Below, one piece after another: positions 57,913 through 64,000 of a DNA stretch of 64,000 bases. The position numbers and the translations under genes are program-made. The notes beneath the pieces were generated by a model. That model worked only from the letters and a program-made list of their open reading frames with translations. It searched no databases and had not been told where the DNA came from. The DNA comes from Octopus vulgaris (taxonomy: Eukaryota): positions 31,930,001-31,994,000 of the forward strand of contig OX597819.1 in NCBI GenBank assembly GCA_951406725.2. Reading direction: 5' to 3'. Each line of letters starts with the position of its first letter. The first letter of the stretch is position 1.

Positions 57913-58483
57913 CTGCGGTCGCGAACGCCATCGTCGACCGTTACTAAACGCATACATACCACTAATCAGATTTTTGCAAAGAAGGTAAAAAAGGCTATTT
58001 TACATCAGTCTCAAAGATCTATTAAACTATTTCGATGAAACCTGATTGAATTCTACAAGAATATGGCGAAACCATCACAATAGTACATCATTACATTTCG
58101 CAGATATCGTCATCAGAGAAGTTTTCTAATAACACTATCTTAACATAGTAACGTCTTATATTATATGTAACTTAATTAAGCCTAATTTAACGTATCGTAA
58201 ACTGAATACAATCCAGTTTCCTATGACAAAAAAATAAAAACCGAATAAATAGATAAAAAAGAAAAAAAATGAAAGACAAAATTTTGTAAAAATATATTGT
58301 AAAAAGAAAAGAAAGAAAAAGGGATAGAAATAAATAGCACTCTAACGTATGGGTCATGTATATACATACATACGTACTCACACACATAATATAATATAAC
58401 ATAATATAATACAATATAATATAATATATATATATATATAACATACACATAGTACATATATGCATATATATGAATATGTATAT

Positions 58484-58520
<37 letters not shown>

Positions 58521-58601
58521 TATACATACATATACACATAATACATATATAAACATATATATGTATATGTGAGTGTATATCCATGTATATATATATGTAT
58601 A

Positions 58602-58643
<42 letters not shown>

Positions 58644-58715
58644 CATATACATACATACAAACCGACATTCATATATGCATACATACTTGCATACATACAT
58701 ACATTCATACATACA

Positions 58716-58749
<34 letters not shown>

Positions 58750-58756
58750 CTTACTT

Positions 58757-59712
58757 ACATGGATAGGGTGCAACAGAAGTAACACCCTTTTTTATTTGTT
58801 TATAGAGTTTTTTTTATTTGTATAAATTTCTGTTTTCTTTCAGTTTTATAGCAAGTATATATATAGTTTTATATACTTGTGTATGCATTTTATACGGCGT
58901 CGTTTCTTTCTCTTTATATTCAGGAATTCGGGACAAATGTAGCCGTGCGATTAACGAAAGAACAAAAAGTGAAAGAAGTTCAGCTTTATTACCAAAAATA
59001 GCCAGAAGGGAGCTGAAGCCACTCGTTTGTTATCACCAAAATTTAACTTTCCGTGAATGCAGAGACGAAATATCACAAGCTTAATTAACAAAATCTGAAA
59101 GAACAAGAAGCGTAAGTGATTCCCCAAAAACCAGTAAGGTTGTTGCATCAACAAGTTTGGAAAATTTCGATGAAATAAGAGAATCATTGTTGAGTACTCC
59201 TAAAAATTTCAGTCGACGTCATTCTTCAGAGTTGGGTATCTCTATATATATAAATGGCAAAATGTCTGTGTGTGTGTGTCCTTTATACAAATCCACAATT
59301 TTTCAGTTAGAGGGCTCGCACTTTCTATGGTCATTCAAAACCGTCCAAGGGTGGTCGTGCACATCTTTACATTTCCCCAGTTACCCCGCAAAGTCATTAA
59401 AAATCAATAGAAGTGACTTTTTTGTGAATTTTCTATCCAAAACTCAATCAAAATGCCCGAAACCTGATACGCCAATTGAATGCCGGGTCATAGTGCTAGT
59501 CAGTGATAAAAGTGTTCGTAGATTCATAAACCTTGCATGATAGAGATACATACAAAAGATCAGAGTTTTACGAAATTTTCCTGAATAAAGTCAATGAAGG
59601 GACCTTTGTTGATCGCATACGGTGGTCAGATGAAGCAACTTTCAAATTGAACGGGTATAACCATCACCATAATTGTGTGTCCTGTAGCGATTTTAACCCA
59701 CATGCTATCTTG
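58757..59712 (+). mobile_element. Degraded IS630-Tc1-mariner transposon split by a Helitron
   Basis: STPKNFSRRHSSELG|ISDKSVRR; DRDTYKRSEFYE..FVDRIRWSDEATFKLNGYNHHHNC..NPH (first D of the DDE triad). Confidence 0.8.
59239..59499 (+). mobile_element. Non-autonomous Helitron (261 bp)
   Basis: A|TCTCTATATATATAAATGGC...gccgggtcatagtgCTAG|T; removal restores GGT ATC AGT GAT. Confidence 0.9.
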
Positions 59713-59774
59713 ACACTTTGACTCGTCTTTTTTTCCATAAGAAAAATAAAGCCGATATTCTTTGATGGTGAGGA

Positions 59775-59880
59775 GCACTCCGTCGGTTGCGACGACGAGG
59801 GTCCCACGGAACAACTTGCTCGTGAAATTAACGTGCAAGTGGCTAAGCACTCCACAAACACGTGTATCCTTAACGTAGTT
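59775..59880 (-). mobile_element. SINE tail T1 fragment
   Basis: Reverse complement of the 22150-22245 and 61135-61185 segments. Confidence 0.7.
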
Positions 59881-60138
59881 AAGGGATTACGTAAGTGGTA
59901 ACAACGAAACCGGGTTTGTGATTAATCTGTATATTTTGTATCTTTTCATTTGTCTTGCTCGCTTACGTTCTGGCGTTTGCTACATTTTCTTGAGAACATT
60001 CCTTTCTTAGTGGTAAGACCACAGGAGGTCGACTTCTTGCATAATGGATGTCCACTTAATGGTCATCCCTCTTATATGTATATAATATAATTTTTCTGAA
60101 TTTTCAGATTTTTCTATATGCTAGACCACTGGTTTTAA

Positions 60139-60571
<433 letters not shown>

Positions 60572-60689
60572 AATATATATATATGTATATAACTTACCTG
60601 GAAATGGATGCGTGGCGTTCAATAATATAATAATATAAATACTATATAAATATATATATATGCGTATATGTACATACTTATATATACAC

Positions 60690-60865
60690 GTATATACATA
60701 TGCATATATGGGAACAGGACGTAAAGAACATGAAATACGAAATACGAAAACATGGAATACGAACATTTTTTGCGAACAACGAAAGAAACAAATGGAAAAC
60801 AAGAGAAACAACATAAAGAACTACCCTTCATCAGTTGTCGGGTGTTTTCCTACTCCGTATTATAT
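60690..60865 (-). mobile_element. PLE-type terminal repeat fragment
   Basis: - strand cgacaaCTGATGAaggg followed by a T-rich tract, similar to 30950-30980. Confidence 0.4.
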
Positions 60866-60870
60866 ATAAG

Positions 60871-61389
60871 TGGAGGCGCAATGGCCCAGTGGTTAGGGCA
60901 GCGGACTCGCGGTCGTAGGATCACGGTTTCGATTCCCAGACCGGGCACTGTGAGTGTTTATTGAGCGAAAACACCTAAAGCTCCACGTGGCTCCGGCAGG
61001 GGGTGGTGGTGGTGAACCCTGCTGTACTCTTTCACCACAACTTTCTCTCACTCTTTCTTCCTGTTTCTGTTGTACCTGTATTTCAAAGGGCCAGCCTTGT
61101 CACATTCTGTGTCACGCTGAATCTCCTCGAGAACTACGTTAAGGGTACACGTGTTCTGTGGAGTGCTCAGCCACTTGCACGTTAATAAATGAGCTGCGAC
61201 GTCACTGGTGCCAAGCTGTATCGGCCCCTTTGCCTTTCCTTTGGATAACATTGGTGGCGTGGAAAGGGGAGGCTGGTATGCGTGGGCGACTGCTGGTCTT
61301 CCAGAAACAACCTTGCCCAGACTTGTACCTCGGAGGGTAGCTTTCTAGGTGCAATTCCATGGTCGTTCATGACCGAAGGAGGTCACAAG

Positions 61390-61390
<1 letters not shown>
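60871..61390 (+). mobile_element. Chimeric SINE-C (tail T1 plus an extra segment)
   Basis: tRNA head, C core, acctgtatttcaaagggccagcc tail, then an unrelated 61190-61390 segment. Confidence 0.8.
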
Positions 61391-61447
<57 letters not shown>

Positions 61448-61496
61448 GGTAATGAAATTCATACCATAATTGTTTATTTCCTTTGTCATCCCAATT

Positions 61497-61588
<92 letters not shown>

Positions 61589-61900
61589 GCACACGCAAAC
61601 ACACATTCCATTGTGGATGATATCGGTTGAAATGTCGCGGAAATTCATTCACCATGAACCCATTGGCAGCAATGTTAAATCACAACGAAATGTGGTGTTG
61701 ACCATTCTCAGTTTTGATACTATTGTGTGACAGTGTTGTGTGTATGTATGAATGCGTTTGTGTGTAGGTGTATGTGTGTGTGGTGTGTGTGCGTGTGTGT
61801 GAGTGTGCGTGCGTTTGTGTACCTGTGTGTGTGCGTGCATTTGTGTGGATATCTATCCATCTGTCTATCTATCTATCTATCTATCTACCTATCTATCTAT

Positions 61901-64000
61901 GGTACTTTTTCACAAGAGTCTGGATCTCAAAGTAAGGACAATATTCGTAGACCCGGAGGGTAGACTGGTCGTCCTGGATGTCGACGGCAGCAATGGGTGC
62001 GCTTTTCGACTCGTATCAGTTTACGCACCGCCCTTAACAGGTCGGGCGGATTTCTTTCAACGTCTAGAAGTTTTCTTGAGAACGTCTCGTCCTTTACTCT
62101 TAGTGGGGGATTGGAATGCTACCTTGGACACGCATGTAGACTACGTGGGTAGAGATAGGAATAGACGGGGATGCAAATGCCTCAGAGACCTGCTCAGACG
62201 CTTTCAACTGTCTGACAGGTTCCGACTAGACCACCCGAATGCGCCAACGTGGACATGGAGCAACCGCATCGGGTCGTCGAGATCGTATCTAGATAGGATA
62301 CTGTGTAGGACAGTAGATAGAGATAGCATAGGATGTCCACAATTCCACATAGTCAGCTACACGGATCACAAACTTGTGACATGTACGCTAGACTTAGGTA
62401 AGACACTTAGGCAGGGTCCCGGATACTGGAAACTAAACGCGTCTTTCCCATCGAGACAGGTTTTCAGAGACCGGATTAGCACACTAGTAAAGAGGGCTTT
62501 GACGGGAGCCATCATCAACAACAAATGGTGGTTTGCCCTCAAGAGAGCAGTAAAAGCAGAAGCGATTAGGTACAGCAAAGCACTAGCCATAGATAGAAAT
62601 AGAGTAGAGGGTGAGCTAGTTAAGAAGCTAGAAGAGGCAATTAGAAGCGGCATCGCATCCGACGTTTTGGCGGCGAGGTTGGCCCTCGACCAACACTTCA
62701 ACGCCAAACACGAAGGATGTGCTGTCAGAGCTAGGATGCGTGCTCTAAGGAACGAAGGTGTTGGAGCCGCGAGAGAGGCCCGGGTGGCAGAGGCGCAACA
62801 GGGCAACAAAGCCACCATTCGGTCACTGGTAGATGAACAGGGGCGCGAATTGCTTGAGCCAAGTAAAATGTGTGAGGCCTTTCAGCAGCATTTTGCCCGA
62901 CTGTTCGGAACGAGTGGAGGGCAAGAACGTAGGATGGACTTCAGTGCCTACCTACATAGCCTACCACGACTCTCGACAAGAAAGGCAGGGTGCTGCGAAG
63001 GTGCCATCACGGCGGCGGAAGTGCGGGAAGCGATGGCAGAATGCTCGAGGGACAAATCACCGGGTTTGGATGGTCTACCCTACGAGCTTTACAATTGTAT
63101 GCCAGACTTGTTTGGAGATCTCTTGGCGGCGGTGTACTGTAACTGGCAGTAAAACGGGAGCATTCCTGGTTTTGTGAGCCGAGGAGCCGTAACACTGCTG
63201 AAGAAAGATCTAAACAAGGGAAATGTAATAGATAACTTTAGGCCCATCACTCTGCTTAATGCAGACTTGAAAATTTTGGCCAAGGTGCTAGCCAAGAGGT
63301 TGGCGCTTGTCATCGAGAAACTGGTCGACAAGGCGCAAACATGCGCCGTGCCAGGCCGGACCATCCATGACAACCTCCATCTGATGCGCTACATCATAGA
63401 CAGGGTAGTTAACGAACCTGGCATGGGTGGGGCCCTGATCAACTTGGATCAATCGAAAGCCTTTGATAGGGTAGACCATCGATACTTGGAGGCAGTCCTG
63501 AGAGCGGCTGGTTTCGGTCCCGTCTTCCGCGGCTGGATAGCTGCCTTGTACAGAGGCATCCGTTCGGTAATTCGCGTAAATGGACATCTATCGAGACCTT
63601 TCGACATTGCACGTTCGGTCCGTCAGGGATGCCCCCTCTCGGCGCTTCTATACGTATTGACTCTTGAGCCACTACTGCGGAAGCTGGCGACTCTAAGGGG
63701 CATCCCGCGAGAATTGGGATGCGGGACGAGCGTGTCTGCATACGCGGACGACGTCACCGTCATAGTGTCTAGCCACGAGCACATCGAGCTGGTCGGCGAG
63801 ACCCTGAAAAACTACGAAGCGGTGACAGGAGCGAAAATCAACCGGGAAAAGTCAGTGGGCTTGCGACTAGGCACCTGGAGAAGCAAGCCCATGCCGTCCA
63901 CCAGCGCCTCCGTCGTGGGACGCTGGACCGACGGCCCGGTTGAGTTGCTCGGGGTCTGGTTTGGTCCGGACCTCCAAGTGGAGAAGAACTGGAACGAGAT
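61901..64000 (+). mobile_element. 5'-truncated Tx1-like (L1 clade) LINE, running off the window
   Basis: GC-rich island starting right after (CTAT)n; APE and RT domains in one frame. Confidence 0.9.
61902..64000 (+). pseudogene. LINE ORF2 (AP endonuclease plus reverse transcriptase), single in-frame stop
   Basis: VYAP, LVGDWN, YLDRI, TDH, GPGYWKLN, KSPGLDGLP; TAA at 63150-63152; then NFRPITLLNADLKILAK, LDQSKAFDRVDH, VRQGCPLS, YADD (63741-63752), open to 64000. Confidence 0.92.

Noticed and set aside
57733-58038. Poly-Thr/poly-Pro ORF resembling a formin or extensin
   Set aside because: Trinucleotide array with no flanking domain or convincing splice sites
58095-58122. - strand CTGATGA...GAAA hammerhead-like core
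   Set aside because: Stems I-III do not pair convincingly
62366-63741. Several antisense and alternate-frame ORFs in the GC-rich island
   Set aside because: Shadow frames of the Tx1-like ORF2

Overview
AT-rich, microsatellite-dense eukaryotic DNA, very probably from an Octopus (cephalopod) genome, judged from its tRNA-derived SINE families and repeat make-up (recognised from memory, not by database search). I cannot support any host protein-coding gene; most ORF-track entries are microsatellite or SINE translations. The window is a nested stack of mobile elements. It holds about 19 copies of a CORE-like SINE with an internal microsatellite (SINE-A) and about 15 loci of a Meta-like SINE (SINE-B, with B1 and B2 tails), plus modular SINE-C/D elements. 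LINE remnants belong to the CR1-like, R4/Dong-like and RTE groups, and a nearly intact 5'-truncated Tx1-like LINE (endonuclease plus RT, one stop codon) runs off the right edge. DNA elements include mariner/Tc1 remnants, four non-autonomous Helitrons and a MITE with TIRs and an 8-bp TSD. Many Penelope-like element (PLE) fragments carry hammerhead-ribozyme motifs. Most notable: (1) SINE-B1 repeatedly joins related SINEs at the same internal GGTATTT site; (2) fold-back palindromes have a hammerhead at the hinge, with the second arm starting at the predicted cleavage site; (3) minimal hammerheads have non-canonical cores (CUGUNGA, CCGANGA); (4) SINE-A shares its 3' stem-loop tail with the CR1-like LINE. 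Family labels A-D are mine, and the boundaries of decayed elements are approximate.
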